In this document: one piece after another, positions 9,244 to 18,596 of the stretch
Layout: every line of letters starts with the position of its first letter
How positions within the stretch are numbered: position 1 is the stretch's first letter
Assembly: GCA_964590035.1 (NCBI GenBank)
Contig: CAZPXK010000002.1
Coordinates: 11,979 to 47,010, forward strand
Origin: an uncultured Bdellovibrionales bacterium
Lineage (GTDB): Bacteria; Patescibacteriota; Minisyncoccia; Moranbacterales; UBA1568
DNA: 35,032 nt
Direction: 5' to 3'
The notes under the pieces: model-generated
What the model saw: only the letters and a program-made list of their open reading frames with translations
Database searches by the model: none
Told to the model about the DNA's origin: nothing
Translations under genes and position numbers: made by a program

Positions 9244-10653
9244 ATGGCACAGTCTCTCCTCTCATACAAGCAGGTGCACATGATCGGTATCAAGGGTGCC
9301 GGGATGACTGCTTTGGCCGAATTGCTCGTGCGTCACGGGGCAGTGGTAACTGGATCCGATGTAGCAGAAGTGTTTTTTACCGATGCTATTTTGGCCAAAC
9401 TGGGCATAGCTGTCAATCAGTCATTTGATCCAAAAAATATTCCCAAGGACGCAGCGCTCATCGTTTACTCTACGGCCTATACTCGCGAGAAGAACGCGGA
9501 ACTGGCAGCTGCTTTTGAATCGGGCATCAGGGTTATGAGCTACCCTGAGGCTCTGGGAGCGCTGACAGAGGAGAAGTTGACTCTGGCTGTGTGTGGCACG
9601 CATGGAAAAACAACCACAAGCGCGCTCTTGGCTGATACGCTCCAGTACCTGGGTAAGGATCCGGCCGCTATCGTGGGGAGTCGCATCATGAGTTGGGGCG
9701 GCAATGCCCTTTCCGGTCGAGGGGATTATCTGGTTATCGAGGCAGATGAATATCAGAATAAGCTGGCCAAGTACAGTCCGTTTGCTGTTATCCTGACCAG
9801 TATTGATTTTGATCATCCGGATTTTTTTCCGGATATGGAGAGTTATGAACGCGTGTTTGCAGAGTTTGTCGCACGCATCCCGGCTCAGGGAATTCTGGTG
9901 TACTGTGCTGACTCGGCCAGTGTGGTGCGGGTAGCCAGTCATGCTCGTTGTCATACCGTTTCGTATGGGACGCTCCCGGCTTCTGATTTCCAGGTAGTGA
10001 ACTATATTCCGGAAAAGATGGGATTTTTGGCAGAAAAAGAAATGGTGCGACAGACATTTTCGGTTCTGCGTGCCGGTGAAACATACGGAACATTTCAGTT
10101 GCAATTGGCCGGTATCCACAATGCCCTCAATGCGACGGCTGTTTTGGCGCTCCTCTCTACGCTCAAGCTTGATAGCGATCGGATCAAGAATGCACTGGCG
10201 CGGTTTTCTGGGACAGAGCGTCGTTTTGAATATATCGGCGAACGCTATGGGGCCCTGATTTATGATGACTATGCGCACCATCCCGAAGAAATCCGGGTGA
10301 CACTACGCGCTTTTCGTGACTTGTATCCCGACAAGAAACTTTCGGTTATTTTTCACCCCCATACGTTTACGCGGACCAAGGCCTTACTGACAGAATTTGC
10401 GCAAAGTTTTGATGATGCCGATACGGTGCGGATTCTCGATATCTATGGGAGTGCTCGTGAAAAACAGGGAGGAGTCTCTTCTCAAGAGATGATAGACCTC
10501 ATCAATCGCTTTTTTCCCGGGAAGGCTGAGTATGTTTCTGATAGTCAGGGACTTGCGGAGGCAATAGAGAAGACAATGGGACGAAACGATGTTATTATTA
10601 CGCTTGGAGCAGGAAATGTCTGGGAAATTTCTCATGCTCTCATCAAACACTAG
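9244..10653 (+). CDS. murC: UDP-N-acetylmuramate--L-alanine ligase
   Basis: HMIGIKGAGMTALAELL, VCGTHGKTTTSALLA (P-loop), IEADEYQ, DDYAHHPEEI. Mur ligase architecture over the full length. Confidence 0.92.
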   Translation: MAQSLLSYKQVHMIGIKGAGMTALAELLVRHGAVVTGSDVAEVFFTDAILAKLGIAVNQSFDPKNIPKDAALIVYSTAYTREKNAELAAAFESGIRVMSYPEALGALTEEKLTLAVCGTHGKTTTSALLADTLQYLGKDPAAIVGSRIMSWGGNALSGRGDYLVIEADEYQNKLAKYSPFAVILTSIDFDHPDFFPDMESYERVFAEFVARIPAQGILVYCADSASVVRVASHARCHTVSYGTLPASDFQVVNYIPEKMGFLAEKEMVRQTFSVLRAGETYGTFQLQLAGIHNALNATAVLALLSTLKLDSDRIKNALARFSGTERRFEYIGERYGALIYDDYAHHPEEIRVTLRAFRDLYPDKKLSVIFHPHTFTRTKALLTEFAQSFDDADTVRILDIYGSAREKQGGVSSQEMIDLINRFFPGKAEYVSDSQGLAEAIEKTMGRNDVIITLGAGNVWEISHALIKH

Positions 10654-10677
10654 CAAAAACACAAACTCTATTCTCGT

Positions 10678-11607
10678 ATGATTGCTCTTCGTGAACACGT
10701 TTCGTTGGCCCCATTTACGACATTTAAAATTGGTGGTCAGGCCCGGTATTATGCCGAGGCTTCTGGTGCTATTGAGTTGTCGGAAGTCTTTGACTATGCC
10801 GAAAAAAACAAGCTGCCACTCTATGTTTTGGGCGGCGGGAGCAATGTGCTTTTTTCGGATGCGGGATTTCCCGGTATTGTCGTGAGATTGGTGCACGGCG
10901 GTATCAAGGTAACGGGCGAGCGTATCGCGGTGGGATCTGGCATGCCTCTTTTGAATGTCGTGCGGGCAGCACATGAGGCTAGCCTCTCCGGGATAGAGAA
11001 ACTGGCCGGTATCCCAGGGTCATTTGGTGGTGCCGTGCGAGGCAATGCCGGAGCCTTTGGGACGGAAATTGGTGATGTTGTTGCTTCGGTCAAGGCACTT
11101 GACCAGCACACAGGCATGGTACGAGAATACAAACAGGCCGAATGTGCTTTTTCTTATCGGAATAGTGTTTTCAAAAGGAATCCCGCCCTCGTCATTGTTT
11201 CTGCTGAGCTGAAATTGACCCATGGAGACAAGTCCGAACTGGAGCGTGTCATCAAAGAAACAATGGCGACTCGTGAAGCCAAACATCCGCAAACCGCCCA
11301 GTGTGCCGGATCGTTTTTTATGAATCCAGTGGTAACAAACGAACATCTTTTGAAAGAATTTGAGAAGGATACGGGCAATGCATCCAAGGACGGAAAATTG
11401 CCGGCCGGTTGGCTGATCGATCACGTGGGATTGCGTGGTAAGAAAATCGGGGGAGCTCAGGTCAGTGATAAACATCCCAATTATCTTTTGAATACTGGAA
11501 ACGCGACTGCACTCGATATCGTGACCCTCGCGAGCTTGGTCAAAACCAAGGTGCGTGACGAACTAAATGTCAAACTTCAGGAAGAAGTCCAGTATGTGGG
11601 GTTTTAG
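10678..11607 (+). CDS. murB: UDP-N-acetylenolpyruvoylglucosamine reductase
   Basis: FTTFKIGGQARYY, LGGGSNVLFSD (FAD-binding), GIPGSFGGAVRGNAGAFG, AGSFFMNP, PAGWLID. Typical type II MurB. Confidence 0.92.
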   Translation: MIALREHVSLAPFTTFKIGGQARYYAEASGAIELSEVFDYAEKNKLPLYVLGGGSNVLFSDAGFPGIVVRLVHGGIKVTGERIAVGSGMPLLNVVRAAHEASLSGIEKLAGIPGSFGGAVRGNAGAFGTEIGDVVASVKALDQHTGMVREYKQAECAFSYRNSVFKRNPALVIVSAELKLTHGDKSELERVIKETMATREAKHPQTAQCAGSFFMNPVVTNEHLLKEFEKDTGNASKDGKLPAGWLIDHVGLRGKKIGGAQVSDKHPNYLLNTGNATALDIVTLASLVKTKVRDELNVKLQEEVQYVGF

Positions 11608-11637
11608 TGGCGAGTGTTATTGATGCCGCCAGACTCC

Positions 11638-11666
11638 TTGACAAAGAATACTGGAAAGAGTATAGT
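11638..11666 (+). promoter_or_regulatory. sigma70-like promoter (TTGACA-17 nt-TATAGT)
   Basis: TTGACA at 11638-11643, 17-nt spacer, TATAGT at 11661-11666. An AAGGAGG RBS lies 7 nt before the ATG at 11734. Confidence 0.55.
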
Positions 11667-11733
11667 ATATAGTTGTACTTTGATTTTTTGTTTTCCAACC
11701 GGCCATTTGGCCCAACTGCCCAAGGAGGGCACC

Positions 11734-12102
11734 ATGAAGACCAGGATTTTTGGTATTTTGTCGGTCCCATTGGTCGCCGCGGCGATGGCTCTCCTTACCA
11801 CCGCATGCGGTGGGGGCGAAGAGTACCCCAACAAATCGGCGGAGGCTATGCCTCACGCGGAGCCGGGAAACATGTGTGTCATGGACTCGGGCTGTGCCTC
11901 GCCCGGGTCGGACTACACTGACATCCGGCGGCGCAACATCGGGGTGGTGACCCCTGATCGTCACTGCTCAGTCGACTACCCTGATGCGTCTGCCTGCACG
12001 GCTACGGCGGTGCAGAACTGCCGCACCTGCGCGGATGGCCACCAGGTGTGCAACTGGGGAACCGTGGATCCTCCGCCGGTCGAGGCGTGCACTGGTTTTT
12101 GA
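11734..12102 (+). CDS. small Cys-rich lipoprotein, strongly GC-rich
   Basis: MKTRIFGILSVPLVAAAMALLTTAC has a signal peptide plus a lipobox (LTTAC). There are 10 further Cys in about 100 aa. The ORF-track start at 11614 is rejected because the promoter and RBS lie inside that extension. Confidence 0.65.
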   Translation: MKTRIFGILSVPLVAAAMALLTTACGGGEEYPNKSAEAMPHAEPGNMCVMDSGCASPGSDYTDIRRRNIGVVTPDRHCSVDYPDASACTATAVQNCRTCADGHQVCNWGTVDPPPVEACTGF

Positions 12103-12145
12103 GATAAGTCGCGCGAGGGGAAGGGGCGCCGTCGAACACCACACA

Positions 12146-12177
12146 GGACTCGCTTGTTTTATCAGCGGGTCCTTTTT
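12146..12177 (+). terminator. rho-independent terminator
   Basis: GGACTCGCT / AGCGGGTCC stem (one G-U pair), 9-nt loop, then TTTTT. Confidence 0.6.
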
Positions 12178-12276
12178 CTATGGGGTTGTTGAGTAGAAGA
12201 AAGTTGCCTCTTTGGTGGTTTTGGTGTATTATTTTTTTAGAGAAACTTTCGTGTGCGTAGAAAAAATAAAAAGAAT

Positions 12277-13578
12277 ATGGATGCGTTTGTAGATTTTTTG
12301 AACATTATTCGGAGAAGTAGAATTATTGGCTCAAGCACTGTTTTTGCAGTGTTGTTTTTGTTTGGAACAATTCTTTTTTCATTACCGATTGCTCAGGGGT
12401 GTGATGCGATTTGTGTGAGTGGTCCTGCTGATTGTAATGGTTCTACGGCAATGTCCTGCTGTCAGTTGTTTGATACAAATAACTGTGGCTGTACTCCGGA
12501 TCCTTTGCCTAACCCACCAACCTGTGGACCAGGCTGCGTGAGTGATGTAGGCCAATCGTGCAACGTTATAAATAGTTGCTATATGCCGGGGTTTGGGACG
12601 ACTCAGTGTGATGGTTCCTGTGATGCCGTAGCTCCCTCTGATGACCTGTGTGGCGGTGGCTGTGATCCAAATCAGGGTCAATCTTGTGATAGTTACAATA
12701 CGTGCGGCATGGGAAATGGAGGAAGGACCCAGTGTGATGGTTCGTGTGATGCGACGCCTCCTTCTGATGCTCTTTGTTCTGGTCATAGGATTGTTGCGAG
12801 TGCTGGGCCTGGTGGTTCGATATCGCCTTCCGGATCAGTCTTTGTTTTGGATGGGGGGAGTCAGTTATTTAATATCGTTCCCAGATCTGGATTTAGAGTA
12901 CGGACAGTTTTTTTTGACGGAACGGATATGGGAGTGATTACGGGATCTTATCGGCTTAATAATGTACGGAGTGATCATACGGTTATGGTCACTTTTGAAT
13001 CGACGAGTGGCGCTTCGTGTGGCAACGGTGTAGTAGAATCCGGCGAAGCATGTGACAATGGCGCTTCATCAAATGGGGTGTGTCCTGCAAGTTGTAGCAC
13101 GAGTTGCGCGAGCAATACTTGCGTATCTGTTTCAGCTGCTCTCAATATCTGTCCTGATGGAGCTACGTTGCTTACAGGTGGTACGCAACAACTGAGGGCT
13201 TGGTATACTTCAAGTCACACCAGTTTTATGGGCTGTAGCGATACAACCGGAGCTACTGATCGTACGCAGTCTGTACAGTGGAGTAGTAGCAATCCTTCGA
13301 GGGCAAGTGTGAGTAATAGTGGAGTGAGAGGAGTGGTGACTGCTGGTACTATTCCGAATGCTTCGGTCACCATAACAGCAAATTACCTTGCAAGAGGCCG
13401 GAGTGATACTGCTACCATCAATATTTTAGCCCCACCTTGTACGGAAACAAGATCTTGTACGGCAGCAGCAGTTAACCGTTGTGTTGGTGACACATTTACG
13501 ATAGCTGGAGTCTGTGGCCGGATTGATTGTGTCGGGACTCGTTCGTGTGATTATAACTGGAAAGAAGTGACGCCATAA
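12277..13578 (+). CDS. secreted Cys-rich repeat protein with InlB-B-repeat-like, Myxococcus-type Cys-rich (CGNGxxExGExCDNG) and Big_2 Ig-like segments
   Basis: N-terminal TM/signal segment (STVFAVLFLFGTILFSLPIAQG). Two tandem 42-aa Cys-rich units (12550-12675 and 12676-12801: GQSC..C...G..TQCDGSCDA.PPSD.LC). CGNGVVESGEACDNG motif. QSVQWSSSNPSRASVSNSGVRGVVTAGTIPNASVTITANY matches Big_2. The alternative GTG start is at 12253. Confidence 0.7.
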   Translation: MDAFVDFLNIIRRSRIIGSSTVFAVLFLFGTILFSLPIAQGCDAICVSGPADCNGSTAMSCCQLFDTNNCGCTPDPLPNPPTCGPGCVSDVGQSCNVINSCYMPGFGTTQCDGSCDAVAPSDDLCGGGCDPNQGQSCDSYNTCGMGNGGRTQCDGSCDATPPSDALCSGHRIVASAGPGGSISPSGSVFVLDGGSQLFNIVPRSGFRVRTVFFDGTDMGVITGSYRLNNVRSDHTVMVTFESTSGASCGNGVVESGEACDNGASSNGVCPASCSTSCASNTCVSVSAALNICPDGATLLTGGTQQLRAWYTSSHTSFMGCSDTTGATDRTQSVQWSSSNPSRASVSNSGVRGVVTAGTIPNASVTITANYLARGRSDTATINILAPPCTETRSCTAAAVNRCVGDTFTIAGVCGRIDCVGTRSCDYNWKEVTP

Positions 13579-13602
13579 TAAAAAATGTTGGAGCTGTATT
13601 GT

Positions 13603-14499
13603 ATGAAACAAAAAATTGGATACTTTGGTGGCTTCTTTTTTTCAGTAGTTCTTTTGTTTTCCGCCGCACAGGCTTTTGCAGCTGAGGAAGATTTTCCTCT
13701 GGTTCAAGTTTCTTGTAAACCGGAGCTTACCAAACAGCCGGTTGGAAAAACATCTTTTTCGATATCAGCCGGAGAAGAGGTGACTTTTCGGTGTTTGATT
13801 CAAAATAAAGACACAGCAGTTACTTCGACAGCTATTCTTTTGGGAAACCGCAAGACCGAACAGTCTGGGACAGCCGTTTCGATGAGCGAAATAATTTTGA
13901 AGGACACGGCTTCTACCGAGGTAACGCTGCGTTTTCCAAAAATGCTTCGCTCAGATACTTACTGGTATTCTTTCGTCCTGATAGATAAGGTGACACGGAT
14001 GCCACTCAGTGAAGAACAAGAGTATACTTGGAAATTGAGTATGGATCAGCCTGCTTTTGTTTCGGTGGGGGTTGAACCGAATCAGGAGCGGTATGACTGG
14101 GGTACCCCGGTAGAGCTTCGCGTGGAACTGACGAATGTAGAGGGCCAACTGTCCGAGAATAATGCTCTTAATCTTCATGTTGTGATGAAAGATGAGAAAG
14201 CCGAGATCTGCGCTGTTTTGTTGGAGACGCCCATTCACCAATCTCCTACGTATCAGATGCAATTTCCTGAAAAAGGAGTCTGTACCGGTGTCGTCGTCGT
14301 GACACTCACATCAAAAGATGGCATCACTCTCGATCAAAAAATGCTGGCGCTTCAATTTTCTGATACCATGGTACAAGGCACGGCCCCACAGGAAAAAGAA
14401 TTTATGAGTCGCTGGTCGCCTTTTATTCGATGGGGAGTTATCTTGTTGACAGTATCTTCGTTGATGCTGGTTCTAGGGGTAGCCTATCGTCGGAGATAA
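13603..14499 (+). CDS. hypothetical secreted protein with a C-terminal membrane anchor
   Basis: MKQKIGYFGGFFFSVVLLFSAAQAFA is a signal peptide. The C-terminal segment WGVILLTVSSLMLVLGVAYRRR is a TM anchor. The start is taken as ATG 13603 inside ORF 13585..14499. Confidence 0.6.
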   Translation: MKQKIGYFGGFFFSVVLLFSAAQAFAAEEDFPLVQVSCKPELTKQPVGKTSFSISAGEEVTFRCLIQNKDTAVTSTAILLGNRKTEQSGTAVSMSEIILKDTASTEVTLRFPKMLRSDTYWYSFVLIDKVTRMPLSEEQEYTWKLSMDQPAFVSVGVEPNQERYDWGTPVELRVELTNVEGQLSENNALNLHVVMKDEKAEICAVLLETPIHQSPTYQMQFPEKGVCTGVVVVTLTSKDGITLDQKMLALQFSDTMVQGTAPQEKEFMSRWSPFIRWGVILLTVSSLMLVLGVAYRRR

Positions 14500-14535
14500 A
14501 AAGTTTGGTTCCTTGTCTCCGATAAGGAGTGAATC

Positions 14536-14745
14536 ATGCGCTCTACAGTGGTTTTGCGGATGATGCCTCCTCAAGTTGCGGCAGCATCCAAAGTGCAGCA
14601 CCTGAATAGTTTGAAGCGCCCCTTGTTGTACGAGGGGAGAATAATCGATTGGCGGTACTGTGACCGTGTTGCTTGCGCCAATGCTGGTGTAAGCGGCTGT
14701 CATGGTTGCTCCAATTGGCGGGCGAGTCAAGAGAATTCGAAATGA
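14536..14745 (+). CDS. possible small Cys-rich protein (69 aa)
   Basis: Strong RBS (AAGGAG, 7 nt before the ATG). Cys-rich C-terminus CDRVACANAGVSGCHGCSNW. No homology recognised, and a competing antisense ORF exists. Confidence 0.3.
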   Translation: MRSTVVLRMMPPQVAAASKVQHLNSLKRPLLYEGRIIDWRYCDRVACANAGVSGCHGCSNWRASQENSK

Positions 14746-14755
14746 GGTAAAAGAA

Positions 14756-15049
14756 GTGACCGATTCACAGTTTGTATGTTGTTTTTGTAATAGCCCTGCC
14801 GAATTGGCTGAAGCGCAGTTTATTGGTATTGCTGATACGACTGACCCTGGCCCGTTCTATGAAAGAGGTTGTCATCAGCCATTTTGTAGCGACCGCTGTG
14901 CTCAGGGGTATTACCGGCGGTACTATCGTTCTTATGTCGATCTGAATGCAACGCAGCAGGGGATAGCAGAAGAGCATTGTCCACAAGCAGGGGACAAGGA
15001 AGCAGAAGTACAGGTCGACGACTTTCGACCACCTCCCAATTGGGACTAA
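14756..15049 (+). CDS. small zinc-ribbon protein (TRASH/FCS-like C-x2-C ... FCS-x2-C)
   Basis: CCFCNSP...GCHQPFCSDRCAQGYY resembles TRASH/YHS-type FCS zinc fingers. The GTG at 14756 is preceded by GAGG 8 nt upstream. The ORF track starts at 14702. Confidence 0.4.
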   Translation: MTDSQFVCCFCNSPAELAEAQFIGIADTTDPGPFYERGCHQPFCSDRCAQGYYRRYYRSYVDLNATQQGIAEEHCPQAGDKEAEVQVDDFRPPPNWD

Positions 15050-15138
15050 TGGGGCTTGAAGAATTTCGAGCTCTTTTTTCTTTCTTTCCAAGTTATTTTG
15101 TGCCCTATGCATATCATCAAATGTGCTATACTAGGGCT

Positions 15139-15336
15139 ATGGATACAGAAATTCTTCAAAAATTGCAGACACAGGACGAAAAACTCGAGCTGATCTATCA
15201 GTCTGTTGAGAAAACCCGTAAATATTTCCTCTGGACGCTTATTGCGACAGTTATTGCCTTTGTATTGCCGCTCATCGGATTCGTCTTTGCGGTACCTTTT
15301 CTTTTTAACACGCTTTCGAGTACGTACGGAATCTAA
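15139..15336 (+). CDS. small membrane protein (65 aa), possibly leaderless
   Basis: MDTEILQKLQTQDEKLELIYQSVEKTRKYFLWTLIATVIAFVLPLIGFVFAVPFLF. An extended -10 (TGcTATACT, 15124-15132) ends 7 nt before the ATG at 15139. Confidence 0.5.
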   Translation: MDTEILQKLQTQDEKLELIYQSVEKTRKYFLWTLIATVIAFVLPLIGFVFAVPFLFNTLSSTYGI

Positions 15337-15354
15337 TCCTTTAAGGACAAGAGT

Positions 15355-15705
15355 ATGAAAACACGTTTCTTATTCAAGGGGGTAGATATTGATGAACGAA
15401 CAAGAGAATATATCCTGAAGCGTTTGGAGCGTATAGAAAAGTTGGTGGATCCCGTGAGCGAGTACTCTTTCGAGGTTGATCGAGACAAACATGGGATGTT
15501 TCGTGTGGAAATCATGGTCAAGACACCGCACAATCTGTATCGGGCCGAAGAAACAACTGTCAGTGTCGAAGGATCGACCGACATAGTAATCGATGAATTG
15601 GAAGTGCAGATTGATAAGAAAAAAAACAAGAATCGTGATCTGAAATTGCGCGGCAAGCGTTCAATCAAGAAAAAGATGGTTTTGGACGCCGCCGCCAGAT
15701 TTTAG
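15355..15705 (+). CDS. hpf: ribosome hibernation promoting factor / RaiA family (S30AE)
   Basis: Short HPF architecture (I.ITG..VEL.. type: FKGVDIDERTREYILKRLERIEKL...FEVDRDKHGMFRVEIMVKTP..LYRAEE). The conserved hpf-secA synteny supports the call. Confidence 0.8.
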   Translation: MKTRFLFKGVDIDERTREYILKRLERIEKLVDPVSEYSFEVDRDKHGMFRVEIMVKTPHNLYRAEETTVSVEGSTDIVIDELEVQIDKKKNKNRDLKLRGKRSIKKKMVLDAAARF

Positions 15706-15760
15706 AAAATTATTGGCTTGTATAAAGGAAAAATTCCGTTTCATAGACGGGATTTTTCTT

Positions 15761-15789
15761 TTGACTTTGAAGGGTGTTCTTGATAGAAT
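15761..15789 (+). promoter_or_regulatory. sigma70-like promoter (TTGACT-17 nt-TAGAAT) upstream of secA
   Basis: TTGACT at 15761-15766, 17-nt spacer, TAGAAT at 15784-15789. Confidence 0.45.
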
Positions 15790-15897
15790 AAACAGGACTT
15801 TCATAGTCGTGAGTAGAGTTGTGAGTATGATTTTTTGGCAATTTTGTATTTTCTTAGACTATTCCCTAATCGCTAATAGCTAACCGCTTCTTTTATT

Positions 15898-18585
15898 ATG
15901 TCTTTCCTCGAAAAGTTTTTCGGTTCCAATGAGCGAGAAGTCAATCGACTGCGTCCGACTGTTGATACTATAAATACCTTTGATGCAACGCTCCAGGGTC
16001 TCTCCCTTGAAGAGTTGAAATCGAAAACGGTTGCATTTAAAGAACGATTGGCGACGGGATCGACGCTCGATGACATTTTGCCCGAGGCGTATGCCGTGGT
16101 GCGAGAGACGGCCAAGCGCGTCATTGGCGAGCGCCACTATGATGTGCAGCTCTTGGGCGGTATCGCACTTCATCATGGCAAGATCGCGGAAATGAAAACG
16201 GGTGAAGGCAAGACACTTACCTCGACACTGCCGATTTATCTCAATGCGCTTTCCGGCAAGGGGGTGCATGTGGTGACCGTGAACGACTATTTGGCACGGC
16301 GCGACTGTAACTGGATGGGCAAAGTCTATGAAGCGCTCGGTCTCACGACGGCCTGTATCGTTTCGCAGGGGGTATCGTACCGCTATACTTCCAATGTGGA
16401 AGATAGGGACGAGGTGAGTGTGGAGATGGAAAACCTGATTCCGATTTCTCGCAAGGAGGCCTATGCTGCCGATATCACCTATGGCACCAACAATGAGTTT
16501 GGGTTTGACTACTTGCGTGACAATATGGTGGCAACGCTCGAAGAAATGACTCAACGCGAACTCAACTTTGCCATTGTCGACGAGGTAGACTCTATTCTCA
16601 TCGACGAAGCACGTACGCCGCTTATCATCTCGGCACCGGATAGCGAGTCGACCAAGTTGTATGAGCGCTTTGCCAAGATTGTACCCCGACTGCAAGCGGA
16701 AAAAGACTATGCCATCGATGAGAAAATGAAGGTGGTGACACTGACCGATGAGGGCATGAACTCGGTGGAGCGTCTGCTTGGTATGGAAAATATCTATGCC
16801 TCCGGTAATGTTCAGTACGTGCATCATCTGGAACAATCGCTCAAAGCCAATATCATTTTCAAACTCGATCGTGACTATGTAGTGAAAGACGATCAAGTGA
16901 TTATTGTGGATGACTTTACGGGTCGTCTCATGCCGGGACGTCGATACAGCGAGGGACTGCACCAGGCCATCGAGGCCAAGGAGGGCGTGACCGTGCAGCG
17001 TGAGTCAAAGACACTGGCTACTATCACCTTTCAAAACTATTTTCGTCTCTACAAAAAATTGGCCGGTATGACGGGGACTGCCTCGACCTCTGCTGAAGAG
17101 CTCTCCAAAGTATACAAACTTGATGTGCTCGAAATCCCCACCAACCGTCCCATGACGCGCAAGGATTTGCCGGATATCGTGTACAAGACAGAAGAGGCCA
17201 AGTTCCATGCGATTGTCGAACACATCAAAGAAATTCATGCCGCCGGCCAGCCGGTACTGATCGGAACTGTGGCGATTGAAAAGTCTGAATATCTGAGTGT
17301 ACTCCTCAAGCAAGAAGGGATTACTCACGAGGTGCTCAATGCCAAGAACCATGAACGGGAAGCACATATCATCATGAATGCCGGACAAAAAGGCGCTATC
17401 ACCATCGCTACCAACATGGCCGGTCGCGGTACCGATATCAAACTCGGGGAGGGTGTGCGCGAGGTGGGCGGACTGCTCATCATCGGAACCGAACGTCACG
17501 AGGCGAGACGAATCGACAATCAGCTGCGTGGTCGGGCCGGTCGTCAGGGTGACCCGGGTATGTCGCAGTTCTTTGTGTCGCTCGAGGACGAGTTGATGCG
17601 GCGATTCGGCGGTGAAAAGATGAAGAGCATGATGACAACGCTCGGTTTGCCTGACAATGAACCGATTCAAAATGGCATTATTTCCAAGACCATCGAGAGT
17701 GCCCAATCAAAAATCGAAGGCTTCAACTTTGATATCCGCAAACACGTGCTTGACTATGATGACGTCATGAACAAGCAGCGTGAAGTCGTCTATCGGAAAC
17801 GGCGCACCATATTGGAAACGGAGGAGTTTGAAAACGAGACATTTCGTTTGGTTTCCGAAGAGCTGGATCGTGTCATCGGGTTTCATACGGCCGTCGAAGA
17901 GGGCGAGTGGAACGTGCGAGAAATTGTGAACGAAGCCAATGCCATGTTTTCGAGTCTCGATGAAAAAGAAACCCTGAAAAAACTTGAAACTATTCGTGAT
18001 GACCGTTCCAAAGACGAGGTGGAAAAGCGCGGACTGATACTGGAGTACCTCTTTGGTGAAGCGAAGCGCGTTTGCCGTCAGAAAGAACAGGTGATTGGCA
18101 AGGATGTCTGGAATGCCATCCAAAAGTCGCTCTACCTCCGTTCGCTCGATACGCTCTGGATGAATCATCTGGATGAGATTGACTATTTGCGCCAAGGTAT
18201 CGGACTACGAGGCTACGGCCAGCGTGATCCACTGATCGAGTACAAGCGTGAGGCCTTTGATTTGTTTCTCGGACTCATGGATACGGTGCGCAAGACCTAC
18301 CTCATGACTATTCTCAAGGTGGAACAAAAAACAGAGTCGCTCCCGGAGGAAAAACCACGAGAAATGCAGTTTCGTGGAGCCAGTGAAAATATCGAGTCTT
18401 TTGCCACGCTAAAACAATCAGCAGAAAACAATCAACAATCAACGGGGAGTAACCGCGGTGAAGCTGTGAAGCAAACCCCGATTGTCAATCAAGAAGTCAT
18501 CGGTCGCAACGACCCGTGCCCGTGTGGATCAGGACTCAAGTATAAGCGGTGTGGAATGATCGGCGCTCCGGAGCATAACAAATAA
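15898..18585 (+). CDS. secA: preprotein translocase ATPase SecA
   Basis: 895 aa. MKTGEGKTL (Walker A), FAIVDEVDSILIDEARTPLIIS (DEAD-like), TNMAGRGTDIKLG, and the C-terminal zinc site CPCGSGLKYKRCG. Confidence 0.97.
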   Translation: MSFLEKFFGSNEREVNRLRPTVDTINTFDATLQGLSLEELKSKTVAFKERLATGSTLDDILPEAYAVVRETAKRVIGERHYDVQLLGGIALHHGKIAEMKTGEGKTLTSTLPIYLNALSGKGVHVVTVNDYLARRDCNWMGKVYEALGLTTACIVSQGVSYRYTSNVEDRDEVSVEMENLIPISRKEAYAADITYGTNNEFGFDYLRDNMVATLEEMTQRELNFAIVDEVDSILIDEARTPLIISAPDSESTKLYERFAKIVPRLQAEKDYAIDEKMKVVTLTDEGMNSVERLLGMENIYASGNVQYVHHLEQSLKANIIFKLDRDYVVKDDQVIIVDDFTGRLMPGRRYSEGLHQAIEAKEGVTVQRESKTLATITFQNYFRLYKKLAGMTGTASTSAEELSKVYKLDVLEIPTNRPMTRKDLPDIVYKTEEAKFHAIVEHIKEIHAAGQPVLIGTVAIEKSEYLSVLLKQEGITHEVLNAKNHEREAHIIMNAGQKGAITIATNMAGRGTDIKLGEGVREVGGLLIIGTERHEARRIDNQLRGRAGRQGDPGMSQFFVSLEDELMRRFGGEKMKSMMTTLGLPDNEPIQNGIISKTIESAQSKIEGFNFDIRKHVLDYDDVMNKQREVVYRKRRTILETEEFENETFRLVSEELDRVIGFHTAVEEGEWNVREIVNEANAMFSSLDEKETLKKLETIRDDRSKDEVEKRGLILEYLFGEAKRVCRQKEQVIGKDVWNAIQKSLYLRSLDTLWMNHLDEIDYLRQGIGLRGYGQRDPLIEYKREAFDLFLGLMDTVRKTYLMTILKVEQKTESLPEEKPREMQFRGASENIESFATLKQSAENNQQSTGSNRGEAVKQTPIVNQEVIGRNDPCPCGSGLKYKRCGMIGAPEHNK

Positions 18586-18596
18586 AACGTATTTTT

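Noticed and set aside
14536-14745. Cys-rich 69-aa ORF considered as a RiPP/lanthipeptide-type precursor
   Set aside because: No modification enzyme, protease or transporter genes are adjacent, and the coding status itself is uncertain.
15880-16962. 360-aa minus-strand ORF, with similar long antisense ORFs at 17005..17706, 9421..10281, 20927..21784, 20007..20678 and 10384..10974
   Set aside because: All lie antisense to confidently identified genes (secA, murC, serine recombinase, NUDIX, murC/murB) and have low-complexity or unrecognisable sequence. They are typical shadow ORFs.
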